DNA of 64,000 nt from contig JAZDOE010000001.1 of assembly GCA_043798985.1 (NCBI GenBank), forward strand, positions 309 through 64,308, written 5' to 3'. Positions within the stretch are counted from its first letter, which is position 1. Each line of letters begins with the position of its first letter. Origin of the DNA: Candidatus Falkowbacteria bacterium (GTDB lineage: Bacteria > Patescibacteriota > Patescibacteriia > UBA11705 > JACRDX01). Position numbers and translations under genes: made by a program. This document shows, in pieces, positions 51,469 through 60,565 of this stretch. The notes under the pieces were generated by a model. That model had not been told where the DNA came from, ran no database searches, and saw nothing but the letters and a program-made list of their open reading frames with translations.

Positions 51469-52230
51469 ATGTTGTCAACGCAACTTACTTGTTTGGGTTT
51501 TAGCGAGAAAGAGGCAAAAGTTTATTTATCAGTTTTGCAATTGTCGCGCGCAACAGCAACGCAGGTCGCAGACTACGCGAAAATGAATCGCGCGACAACG
51601 TATTTGTACTTGCGCGGCTTAATTAATCGTGGCTTGGTTTCTTCGTATGGCCTTATGGGCCATATTATTTTTGTCGCGGAATCTCCGGAAAAAATAACAA
51701 GACTTTTGGAAATTAAAAAGCAGGAAACAGCCCGTCAGTTTGAACATTTTGGCAAAATTTTGCCGGAATTGCGTTCAATTTTTAATCTGGCAAAAGGCAA
51801 ACCGCAGATAAGATTTTTTGAAGGCAAGGCTGGACTCGCGAGTATTCAACAAGAGATTTTGGAAACGGCTATCGGAGAAGTTCGTTGTTTTTATTGTGTT
51901 GATTATGTCTATGATGTATTCCCCAATATCGCGCAAACATACTCAAGAGATCGCGTGAAGCGGCAGTTAAAATCTAAAATAATTTATACCAGCAGATTAG
52001 GACCAAAAAGATTTGTTGATGATGAACAAAGATTACGTGAACGTAGATTTGTACCATTTGAAAAATTTCCGTTTTCCAGCGATGTGACTATATTTTCCAA
52101 TAAAGTTGCAATTGCGTCTTTGCGCGGTGATTTGGCCGGGGTGATTATTGAGAATCAACATATTGCTGACAGTTTTAAACTTCTTTTTGATTTAGCGTGG
52201 GATGGCGCGCAAAAATATAGTTTGCCGTAA
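51469..52230 (+). CDS. TrmB-family transcriptional regulator (winged HTH)
   Basis: N-terminus LGFSEKEAKVYLSVLQLSRATATQVADYAKMNRATTYLYLRGLINRGLV is a TrmB-type HTH. Paralogous to 58619..59356. Confidence 0.75.
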   Translation: MLSTQLTCLGFSEKEAKVYLSVLQLSRATATQVADYAKMNRATTYLYLRGLINRGLVSSYGLMGHIIFVAESPEKITRLLEIKKQETARQFEHFGKILPELRSIFNLAKGKPQIRFFEGKAGLASIQQEILETAIGEVRCFYCVDYVYDVFPNIAQTYSRDRVKRQLKSKIIYTSRLGPKRFVDDEQRLRERRFVPFEKFPFSSDVTIFSNKVAIASLRGDLAGVIIENQHIADSFKLLFDLAWDGAQKYSLP

Positions 52231-52293
52231 AAAAAAGAGAAATGGCCAAGTTCATGCAACCTGACCACTTCTGCTGTGGCAGTGCCTCCCCGT

Positions 52294-52329
52294 TGCGTTG
52301 GGAGCCTTTTTTTTCTGTGATGTTTGTCC
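52294..52329 (+). terminator. Probable rho-independent terminator (ctccc-loop-gggag followed by T9) after the TrmB-like gene
   Basis: Short GC stem followed by a nine-T run. Confidence 0.5.
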
Positions 52330-52607
52330 AGTCCGGACGTTCTGGTCGCGCCATTGGGCGCAATCATACTTGCCCGTGAGCGGTGGCATGGGTGTTTGGC
52401 TTTTTGCCTTTTTCTCTTGCCACTTCTTTCTGGCATCCCAGAAATACTTGGGCTTTCCAGCGCTTGCGTTCCGCGGTTTTGAGATTTGGTGAGTGCTCAC
52501 CTCCTACTCTCCACCCATCTGCTCCCTCCTTGTAAAAGATGACAGATGTAGGGAAAAACGGCCCGCAAAGGGAGTTTTATGTAGTCCCTACGTTTTTATT
52601 ATACTAT

Positions 52608-54551
52608 TTATTTTTGCACAACGCCAGTGCCTTTGCCGTACGGGTCATTATCCAGATTTGAGGTGAGCGTTGATATTGTGGAAGAGATAGTTGAGTTGAT
52701 TTTTTTGTCAGTTGCGAACAGCGTTGTGTTTTCCGTCAGTTTTACGATTTTGCCAACATCAGCGATGGTTGGTTTTAGTTCCACGAAAAATGAGGCAAAG
52801 ACTTCGTTTGTTGTTGCCGGAAGATCATTAATTGACCATGTTAGTTGCCTGGTTTTTGCGTCAAAGGTTATTTCTCCTGCGGTTTTGTTGACCTCGTTTG
52901 TAAAGTTAACATTTACCGGCAGCGTTGTTGTCGCGGATATTTTGGTCAAATCGTGCAACGAATTTTTGATTGTCCAGAATATTTTATATTTTGTCGCTTG
53001 TCCGACTTTGGGTGGCAACGGCCCAGAGCCGATTGGCGTTCCATCTTCAAAAAAGAACAGCGCTTTGTTTGACAATGTTAAGTCAGAATTGAGCGTTAAT
53101 GTTATTTTGTTGCCATTAATCGTAAAAAGCGCATTGCCGGTTGTGTCTTTCACGTTCAATAACGGCTGAATAATGATATTGCCATTTGCCAAGGCAGGAT
53201 TATCGCCAACTTTGAAATCAGTGCGCGGTTTGATTGGCAAAGAAAAGGAAAACATGCTGTCAGCTCCGGGTTTTAATTCTTTGAAATCCGGAATTTGTTG
53301 TTTTGTCCAAATAACTTGTTTGCCAGTCGTTGTGCTGGTTATGCTGCCTAAGTTTTTATCAACCAGCTTATTCCAGTCCAGAAGGTTGAGCGGCGCGGTA
53401 TCAATATTAATTTTTGCCTCAATGTTGCTGTATGTTTTTTTGCTTTTGTTTTTGTAGACCAAAGAGCAGTTTAATGTTTCGCCAAAAGATATTGTTTTGT
53501 CTGTTGTCGCGCCATTGACAATGAGATAAACAAGAAGCTCCTGACTTGTTAAATTGATTTTAATTTCATGGTCTTTAATCGGAAAAAAGTTATTATCATT
53601 GTCTCCGGCCAAGATTTGCGCGACGAATTTTTGTTCTTCTGCCAAAGATTTCACATCCAAGTCATTACGCGTTGTAAATTCAAACGCCACTTCACCTGTT
53701 CCGCCCGGGTTTATTATCGGGATTAGCCATCCAGGTTCATTTTTTTCTGTTTTTGGTGAAAATGTTAAAAGTTGTAATTCGGAGGTTGGTATTATTTTGA
53801 TTTTTATTTTTTCCAATGGGGTTGTTTGTTGGATTGGCAGTGAATAGCCAATAATTATTCTGGCTTTTTCGCCTGCCGCCACGGTTAAGGGCGCGACAGA
53901 AGTTAATGTCAGATCAAACGGTTCAAGCGTTGTTTGAAATTCTGCGTTGGCGCTGAATGTTGAGCTGAAATTTTTTGGCGTAAAAGTAAGAGTTGCTTTC
54001 ATGGTTTCAGTTGCTTCTATGTCATCAACAAAATACCCGGTAATTTCAAGCGTTTTGTTTTCAAACGGAGCAAGACTGCCAAGATTCCAGACATGATTAC
54101 TTTTTTCAGGTTTGGTAGATGTGATCCAAAAACCGGCTGGTTTTAAAATGTTAATTTTGTTTTCTGTTGATTCAATTTTACCGGCATTTTTTATTGTCAC
54201 TTTGTAAGTAATTGATTCTTTGATTTTTGCTTTTTGCGGGCCCTCAACGCTGATTGAAATTTTTTCTTCTGGCGCGTTGAGTTTTTTACTGAAGTAAAAA
54301 AAGCCAGCTACGCTGGCGCCCGCAAAAATAACAAGACCAACAATGATTGAAAGCAAAATTTTCGCGCGGCGCTGTTTACGGTGACCGTCAATCAAAAAAG
54401 CAATGGATTGTTCTGGGTCTAGTTGCTCGGTTTTTTCCATCTCGGAAATTTGTTTGTCTTCCGACTGTTCCAGCTCTTTGTACAAATGATCCAGACGGTC
54501 TATTGGAGAAGGATGTTTGTGTTCGTGAATCACAAAATATTTATTTTTCAA
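52608..54551 (-). CDS. Large membrane-anchored extracellular protein (DUF11/CARDB-like beta-repeat architecture)
   Basis: 647 aa with an N-terminal cytoplasmic segment, one TM helix (ILLSIIVGLVIFAGASVAGFFYF), then a long beta-rich ectodomain. It overlaps the upstream DUF4012 gene by 11 nt. Confidence 0.6.
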   Translation of the reverse strand: MKNKYFVIHEHKHPSPIDRLDHLYKELEQSEDKQISEMEKTEQLDPEQSIAFLIDGHRKQRRAKILLSIIVGLVIFAGASVAGFFYFSKKLNAPEEKISISVEGPQKAKIKESITYKVTIKNAGKIESTENKINILKPAGFWITSTKPEKSNHVWNLGSLAPFENKTLEITGYFVDDIEATETMKATLTFTPKNFSSTFSANAEFQTTLEPFDLTLTSVAPLTVAAGEKARIIIGYSLPIQQTTPLEKIKIKIIPTSELQLLTFSPKTEKNEPGWLIPIINPGGTGEVAFEFTTRNDLDVKSLAEEQKFVAQILAGDNDNNFFPIKDHEIKINLTSQELLVYLIVNGATTDKTISFGETLNCSLVYKNKSKKTYSNIEAKINIDTAPLNLLDWNKLVDKNLGSITSTTTGKQVIWTKQQIPDFKELKPGADSMFSFSLPIKPRTDFKVGDNPALANGNIIIQPLLNVKDTTGNALFTINGNKITLTLNSDLTLSNKALFFFEDGTPIGSGPLPPKVGQATKYKIFWTIKNSLHDLTKISATTTLPVNVNFTNEVNKTAGEITFDAKTRQLTWSINDLPATTNEVFASFFVELKPTIADVGKIVKLTENTTLFATDKKINSTISSTISTLTSNLDNDPYGKGTGVVQK

Positions 54552-57054
54552 ATTGAATTTCCAGTTGTTCGTCTTGATTCAGCGGTGTTTGTAGCCCGCC
54601 AACCGGAATGTTGCTGTTTATAATTTTTATGTCATTCGGGACGTTAATTTCCACTGACACAGAATTGTTTTGCTGACCCGGCTGTTTTTGCAATAATAAA
54701 GAATATGTCGCGGTCGCGCTTGCGGCTGTTTTGTATTGCCGTTCAAAAAAGTTTAAAGTTTCTTTGCTGAAAGAAAGTTTTTGCGGCAGTTTATATTTAA
54801 AAGTCGCGAAAGTTGTTTCTCCGGGCTTGGTTTGCAGCCAATTCGCAAAAACTGTTTTTCCAAATTCGCGGGTTGTAATCGTTTGCGTAATTGGGTCAAT
54901 ATATTGTTGTTTTTCAGAATCGTTGATTAAAGAATCTGTGCGCCACTGCGGTTGAGTAGGTTCAAATTGTTCTGGTGTCGGCGGCTCAAACGTGCCTGTT
55001 GCAGACAAAAGTTTACTGCCATCTGGCACATAGACGCGCAAATAATCAACATTATTAACTTTGCCAGTAGTCGGATTTGTGCGGCTTATTGTTAAAGTAT
55101 TGATTATTTCTCCGTTGGCCGCTATTTCAACGGATAATGTTGATTTTTGTTGAATCAGCGCGTCTGTTTTTTCGCCGCCGATATTTGTATTTACGATTTG
55201 CAAATAATCAGAGTCAGTTGTTTTCATCTGGCCTGTCCAATTGTATTTGTTCAAGATATTTTGAAAATCTTCATTTTGGAAATATAGCAAAATTTCTTTT
55301 TCGTTTAGTCCTTGTTTTATTAAGTTTGCCAAGGGCAAAAGTTTTGCTTCGCTAATTTGCGGCAATGTTTCCAGCAGTTTCTCTGCCAAATCTCCGATTA
55401 TTTTTTTCGGGGCGTTTTTGTTGGCTTTGTCCAATGTGATTGTTTGCAGTTCGTCAACAAAGTTTGCGCCGGTAAATGCTGTTTTGTATTGCGGCAAAGA
55501 AAGCGGCCCGACAAAATCAACCAATTTTGCTGCCCACGAAGCATTGATCGCGATAACACCATCAACTGTCGGCCAGTTTGCTTCTTCCAAAAACCACGTC
55601 ATTTTTCCTGCGCTTGTCGGGAAATCCGGGAACCAGTTTGAATCTTGAAATTCAAATCGCGGCTGGATCAATTGGAGCGGGTGAGGCGCGGCATAGGATT
55701 CTGTAATACTGCCTTGCAAAGCATAGCTTCCGCCGGACGGGATGTTAATATTCGCGATTTTGCCTTTGTCCACCTCAATCAAAGCAAAGCTGCCGATAAA
55801 ACCGCCGGTTGGTCGAAGTTCATTATTGTTTTGGAAAACGACGAGGTAGCGCTGTTTGTGGTTTTTGCCAAGAGAGTCAATCAAATAATCAGCGCTGGCG
55901 TTAATATCCAATAAAATTGATTCGGCATTTTTAAGCCCGCTTGTTAGTTGCGCAAATTTTTCAGGGCTGGTTGAATTGCCAGATGCCGCGGTAACAAAAT
56001 CGGGAGATATGTCAGCGAGCAATGTGTTTGCTTCGTTGACGAGCGGTAATATTTTTTTAGTTCGCGTGGTAATGAATTGCAATTTTTCAATCAGGGATTT
56101 GTTGTTTGTTGTTTGGTAAAAATCAGCGATTGCTTTGCTAAGTTGAATGCCGATTAAAGACAAATTTTCGCTGGCCGTGACAATGTTTTGCGCGTCTGCC
56201 ATTGAGCTGTTGGCAAAACCGCCGATAGTTTTAATTAAAGAATTGATGCTGTTAAATTGTTGGTCAATTTTTATTAAATTGTTGGACGCTTTGAGAAATT
56301 GGACTTTGGCTGTGCTTGCCCCGCCCGCCTGTCCGGTAGGCAGGCCAGCGGCGGGGTTATTCATCAAGGAATCAACCGCCAACTGAAATTCGTTGTAAGT
56401 TGTTTGAGACAAAGCTGTTAAATCGTCACGCGTTGCTGACAATTTTTGGTAATAAGAAAATCCGCACAATGGCAAAACAATAAGCATGCAAAATGCTAAG
56501 CCTGCGACGATTAACCGCGGCGCGAGGTTGTATATTAAAATTAAATTTGATTGAAATGAAGTTGTAAATTGGTCGGAATAATTTTTATGGCGCCGCGGCG
56601 AAGAATTTTTTTGTTTTAATTTTAATGACGGCGCGCGCGTTCCCGCCGTTTCCGAACGGCGGGACAAGTTTTTATGTTGCGCGATGAATTGTTTAACTTC
56701 TTCTTTTTGCTTTTCATGCATCGCGCGTTTTTGTTTTTGCGCGCGCAAATCCAAAATATGAGGGGAGTGATGTGATTGTTGTTGCTGAATTGCCACGTTG
56801 TGGCGTGCCACTTCGTGGCGCTGCGCGGCGGAAGTTGTCATCCTGAGCTTGTCGAAGGAGACAGCGGGAGTGGATTCTGAAATATTTAAGTCTCGCAATA
56901 TTTTATGATGAATATGCTGGTTGTGCGCTCCGTGTTTTGTCACGCCGTCCAGTTCGTGTTGCGCAATATGAAAAATATTTGCCACTTTTTTCGCCTGCCT
57001 CGCCGGCAGGTGGGCTGGTTTATTTGTTATTTTGCTTTTAGCTTTTGTTTTCAT
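54541..57054 (-). CDS. DUF4012-domain envelope protein with a basic cytoplasmic N-terminus
   Basis: 837 aa with a TM helix (LIVAGLAFCMLIVLPLCGF) and the DUF4012 signature LRPTGGFIGSFALIEVDKGKI. Confidence 0.65.
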   Translation of the reverse strand: MKTKAKSKITNKPAHLPARQAKKVANIFHIAQHELDGVTKHGAHNQHIHHKILRDLNISESTPAVSFDKLRMTTSAAQRHEVARHNVAIQQQQSHHSPHILDLRAQKQKRAMHEKQKEEVKQFIAQHKNLSRRSETAGTRAPSLKLKQKNSSPRRHKNYSDQFTTSFQSNLILIYNLAPRLIVAGLAFCMLIVLPLCGFSYYQKLSATRDDLTALSQTTYNEFQLAVDSLMNNPAAGLPTGQAGGASTAKVQFLKASNNLIKIDQQFNSINSLIKTIGGFANSSMADAQNIVTASENLSLIGIQLSKAIADFYQTTNNKSLIEKLQFITTRTKKILPLVNEANTLLADISPDFVTAASGNSTSPEKFAQLTSGLKNAESILLDINASADYLIDSLGKNHKQRYLVVFQNNNELRPTGGFIGSFALIEVDKGKIANINIPSGGSYALQGSITESYAAPHPLQLIQPRFEFQDSNWFPDFPTSAGKMTWFLEEANWPTVDGVIAINASWAAKLVDFVGPLSLPQYKTAFTGANFVDELQTITLDKANKNAPKKIIGDLAEKLLETLPQISEAKLLPLANLIKQGLNEKEILLYFQNEDFQNILNKYNWTGQMKTTDSDYLQIVNTNIGGEKTDALIQQKSTLSVEIAANGEIINTLTISRTNPTTGKVNNVDYLRVYVPDGSKLLSATGTFEPPTPEQFEPTQPQWRTDSLINDSEKQQYIDPITQTITTREFGKTVFANWLQTKPGETTFATFKYKLPQKLSFSKETLNFFERQYKTAASATATYSLLLQKQPGQQNNSVSVEINVPNDIKIINSNIPVGGLQTPLNQDEQLEIQFEK

Positions 57055-58148
57055 TTTATTGATTTATATGCTGCCAAAGTTTGTTCAGCGCATTTTTTCC
57101 AGCTGAATCTTTTTACATTTTCAAAACCTTTTTCAATTAACTTTTTGCGTAAATCCGCGTTAGATAACACTTTATAAAGTTGTTCGGCGATTTGTTCAAC
57201 ATTTGTTGGGTCAAAGAATTCTGCCGAGTCACCCAAAATTTCTGGCATTGAGGTTGTGTTTGTTGAAACAACAGGACAACCGCAAGCTTGCGCTTCAATT
57301 GCGATTAAGCCAAAACCTTCAATGAAAGAGGGAAGGCAGAAAACATCAGCAGTGTTGTATAAAATCGGCAGGTCAGAATCACTTATGTAACCGGGCGTGA
57401 CAATGTCATTTTTAAACGCTGATTGGTCAATTGTTTCTTGAATTTTCGTGTAATGTAAATCTGCGCGGCCACCGATAACAAGTTGGTGCGGAATTTTATA
57501 TTTTTCTTTCAGAATATTGAACGCACGCACCAATGATTCAATGTTTTTGTGGCCGCGCCAAACACCTACGAAAAATATAAACGGTTTTGTACCCTTGATT
57601 ATATCACTATTTTCAATTGGTTTGAATCTTTCATCCACACCTTCGTAAATGACTTCAATTTTTTTCGGATTGACGCGCAAATATTTGACCAAATCGCGCT
57701 TTGTGCTTTGAGAAATCGTGATGACTTTGCGAGCTTTTGACAAAGTTGCTTTAAAAACAAGGCGATAGGCGAGTCTACGGACGATTGATTTCATTTTGTG
57801 TCCGGGAAAAAACAAAGGAGTAATGTCATGAATCGTGCAAATTGATTTTTTGGGATAAAGAATTGGAGAATTAAAATGCGGATAGTGGATTAAATCAAAT
57901 TTTTCTTTGGCAAATTCAAATGGCAGTTTAAATTGTTCGGCATAGGAATAGTGCGGCGAATTGACTCTAATTTTGCGTACGCGATCCGTTGGCGCCGAGA
58001 ATTTTGAGAATTCCGGTTCGGTCATGAATAAAATATATTCATTTTTCGCGTCCAGCTTAAAAAGTTCGTTGGTCAGTCGTTGAACATAAGTGCCGATTCC
58101 TGTGAATTTTTCATTGCCGTACATGCGGCAGTCAATGGCTATTTTCAT
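57051..58148 (-). CDS. Glycosyltransferase family 1 (GT4)
   Basis: C-terminal EGFGLIAIEAQACGCPVV motif. 365 aa. Confidence 0.85.
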   Translation of the reverse strand: MKIAIDCRMYGNEKFTGIGTYVQRLTNELFKLDAKNEYILFMTEPEFSKFSAPTDRVRKIRVNSPHYSYAEQFKLPFEFAKEKFDLIHYPHFNSPILYPKKSICTIHDITPLFFPGHKMKSIVRRLAYRLVFKATLSKARKVITISQSTKRDLVKYLRVNPKKIEVIYEGVDERFKPIENSDIIKGTKPFIFFVGVWRGHKNIESLVRAFNILKEKYKIPHQLVIGGRADLHYTKIQETIDQSAFKNDIVTPGYISDSDLPILYNTADVFCLPSFIEGFGLIAIEAQACGCPVVSTNTTSMPEILGDSAEFFDPTNVEQIAEQLYKVLSNADLRKKLIEKGFENVKRFSWKKCAEQTLAAYKSIK

Positions 58149-58172
58149 AGATTGGGTGCTGGTAACTGGTAA

Positions 58173-58556
58173 TTAGTAACTGGGGTTATTGTTGTTTATT
58201 GAGTTTATTAATCCATTAATTAGCCGTGCGGATTCTTCGCATTGCGCGGACAGTTTTTGGAGCGTTGGTTGATCTATGTATCTTAACGCTTCTGATAAAA
58301 ATAAAAAGCTTTGGACTTCAGCTGCCGATGCTCTAGCCATATAATAAAATTTGATTTTGTCCTTGAAATGAAATCGTGCGAATCCTTCGGCAATATTTGC
58401 CATTATTGAAGCTGATGCTCGCCGCAATTGGTTTGTTATTCCAAAAAGTTCCTCTTTGGGGAAAGTTTTTGTTATATTGTAAATTTGCAGTGTCAGGTCG
58501 CGCGCTTTTTGCCATGCTTCCAACTCGTAAAAATTTTTGATTTTTTTGTTTTCCAT
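58173..58556 (-). CDS. Four-helix-bundle protein (23S rRNA intervening-sequence protein family, TIGR02436)
   Basis: 127 aa with the YELEAWQKARDL...QLRRASASIMANIAEG pattern diagnostic of this family. It is flanked by GTAACTAGTAAC-type repeat motifs. Confidence 0.8.
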   Translation of the reverse strand: MENKKIKNFYELEAWQKARDLTLQIYNITKTFPKEELFGITNQLRRASASIMANIAEGFARFHFKDKIKFYYMARASAAEVQSFLFLSEALRYIDQPTLQKLSAQCEESARLINGLINSINNNNPSY

Positions 58557-58618
58557 AATATTACCAATTCCCAGTTACCAGTTCCTAGTTCCCAGCCCTA
58601 GTTACCGGTTACTAGTTA

Positions 58619-59356
58619 CTAGCCCCCATCCCCAGTGTTATCCCACACCATCTGCCAAATAGATTTCAGCGTCTTTGCGATTGCAGGATCTTCAATGATG
58701 ACCGCGGCATAAGGTTTACGGAACGAAATTAGCGAAACTTTATTGCTGTAAATGTTGATTTCGGTCTCAAAATCAATATTCGCGACAAGGCGCGTTTCGC
58801 GCAGTTGTTCTTTGTCTTTTGATTGAACAATTCGTCCCATTTTTCCATCTTTTGCGATGCAATAGAAGTGAGCGTTGTTTTTTACTCGCGTTTCCGCGGT
58901 CGGCCAGAGAAAGTCGGCCGGCAACGCCTCAAACATTTTTTCATAATCGCTGAACCCGTAAATCGGCTGGTTTGGCTGAGAATAATCGTTATATACCTGT
59001 TTTAATCCATCGAGTCCCTGATAGAATTTAACTTTTGGTTTTTTTGTTGGACGATTGAAAATGCTCAAAATTTCAGGCAAGGATTTTTTCACTTCATCAA
59101 TTCGTTGTTGCGTTCGTTTAACGACCGTTTCCGGATTTTCCGCGACCAATAAAAGTTTTTTTCCCTCTTTAACTTCGGTGACAAGTCCGAGATTTTTTAA
59201 TTCTTCGAGAAAATTATAAATGCTTGTGCGTTTAACTTTTGATTTTTGCGCCAACTCCTGAATTGTTGCGGAACCCAACTCAAGACAGGCGAGATATACT
59301 TTCGCTTGTTTTTCTTGTATTCCTAAATTTTGCAAAATCTTTAAGAGTGTCGCCAT
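58619..59356 (-). CDS. TrmB-family transcriptional regulator (winged HTH)
   Basis: LGIQEKQAKVYLACLELGSATIQELAQKSKVKRTSIYNFLEELKNLGLV. Paralog of 51469..52230. Confidence 0.75.
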   Translation of the reverse strand: MATLLKILQNLGIQEKQAKVYLACLELGSATIQELAQKSKVKRTSIYNFLEELKNLGLVTEVKEGKKLLLVAENPETVVKRTQQRIDEVKKSLPEILSIFNRPTKKPKVKFYQGLDGLKQVYNDYSQPNQPIYGFSDYEKMFEALPADFLWPTAETRVKNNAHFYCIAKDGKMGRIVQSKDKEQLRETRLVANIDFETEINIYSNKVSLISFRKPYAAVIIEDPAIAKTLKSIWQMVWDNTGDGG

Positions 59357-59584
59357 ATTAACCCCAGTTACTAGTTACCAGTCCCTATCATAATCTGTCT
59401 ATCTTTTAGACATTGTATCATATAAAAAATAAAGTGTCAAATTTGGCTAAATATGCATAAAATAATCGTTGGGCTTGCAATATGATAATTTGCTCTAGTC
59501 TAAATTATTGACAAAATAATTCTTCTCTGATAAAATGGTTTGTTCGGGAAAAGTGATCTTTGAAAATTAACAAAGGAGAAAGAC

Positions 59585-60016
59585 ATGGGAGCAGAAGGAG
59601 GACTTGTGGCGGCAGTGGCTGGTTTGGTGGCCGGTTCTTCGTGTGACGATGATGAAGCTGGCAGCGGTATGTCGGGAGAGTGGTCGGTGGACGAAGGCGA
59701 AGGATTTCTCAGCACAAAGTATTTTTTTAGACGTTTTGCCGAGGAAGATAGAAAGTGGATGGAGGCCGACCGGCAGCGTATAGCGAACGCGAGACATGAG
59801 GAATGGCTTGAGGAACTTTGTAACCGGCATCCCTTGGGAGGCTCAATAGTCGCAATTCTTGAAATAACATTTATTTTACTGCTGTGCCTTATAATGATAG
59901 CTCCCTTTCTTGCCATGCTGTGGCTGTTATTGCAACCATTTCTAGAAGCGTTTGGAGTTGTTTCGGGTCAGTTTTCCTTTAAAGCACTCCTTAACTGGAT
60001 CAGGCCGCCTTGCTAG
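59585..60016 (+). CDS. Hypothetical tail-anchored membrane protein, high-GC island 'G'
   Basis: GC-rich N-terminus (GAEGGLVAAVAGLVAGSS, acidic stretch), a C-terminal TM (IVAILEITFILLLCLIMIAPFLAMLWLLL), and a TTGACA-17-GATAAA promoter at 59509. Confidence 0.5.
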   Translation: MGAEGGLVAAVAGLVAGSSCDDDEAGSGMSGEWSVDEGEGFLSTKYFFRRFAEEDRKWMEADRQRIANARHEEWLEELCNRHPLGGSIVAILEITFILLLCLIMIAPFLAMLWLLLQPFLEAFGVVSGQFSFKALLNWIRPPC

Positions 60017-60316
60017 ACGCGTGTTCAAAAACCGCCGACTTGTAAGCAATCAACAATTCATCGCGCCCCGCCGCTCACCATCGGCGGGGCCTCACTCACG
60101 CAAATCAAAAGATGGTTTTCGGGAGCGAGGCTTGCCCTGAACCGACCCCGACTTGGCGGGGTCTGGTTTAGGGGGTGTTCATTTCACTTAAACGAGGAGG
60201 CGAACATCCCGCCATTCTTGGAGGAGTTCAAATAAGGACGTAACGCAAAAGAGACAATCAACGAATTGTCTCTCTTTTTTCGGTCGCGGTTCTCTTTTAA
60301 AGTTTTTTTGAAGTGA

Positions 60317-60556
60317 TTATGAATTGTAAGTCGTATCTGACCGGCGCTCAATGGTTAAAATTTTAATGGTTTCTTCCGTTTTATTGAATATTACCCTGAT
60401 TGTTCCTTTCCGAACACGATAAACATCATTTTTCCCTTTAAGTTTTAAAATATCAAGATTCAAAAAATCGCTTCTGTTTAGTTTTTCTAGAATTTTTTTC
60501 AGCTCCAATCTTTCTTTGGGCGACAATTTTTTCAATGCCTTAGCGATTTTGTCCAT
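60317..60556 (-). CDS. relE: Type II toxin-antitoxin system RelE/ParE-family toxin
   Basis: 79 aa with a ...LKGKNDVYRVRKGTIRVIFNKTEETIKILTIERRSDTTY C-terminus typical of RelE/ParE toxins. Located immediately downstream of the antitoxin. Confidence 0.75.
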   Translation of the reverse strand: MDKIAKALKKLSPKERLELKKILEKLNRSDFLNLDILKLKGKNDVYRVRKGTIRVIFNKTEETIKILTIERRSDTTYNS

Positions 60557-60565
60557 AAAAGGTGG

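Noticed and set aside
52320-52600. RNase P RNA, tmRNA or SRP RNA in the high-GC spacer
   Set aside because: Only a vague resemblance (an AGUCCGGA-like segment). Conserved P4, tag-peptide or tRNA-like 3' end features are absent. It is kept as an unknown candidate ncRNA in the findings.
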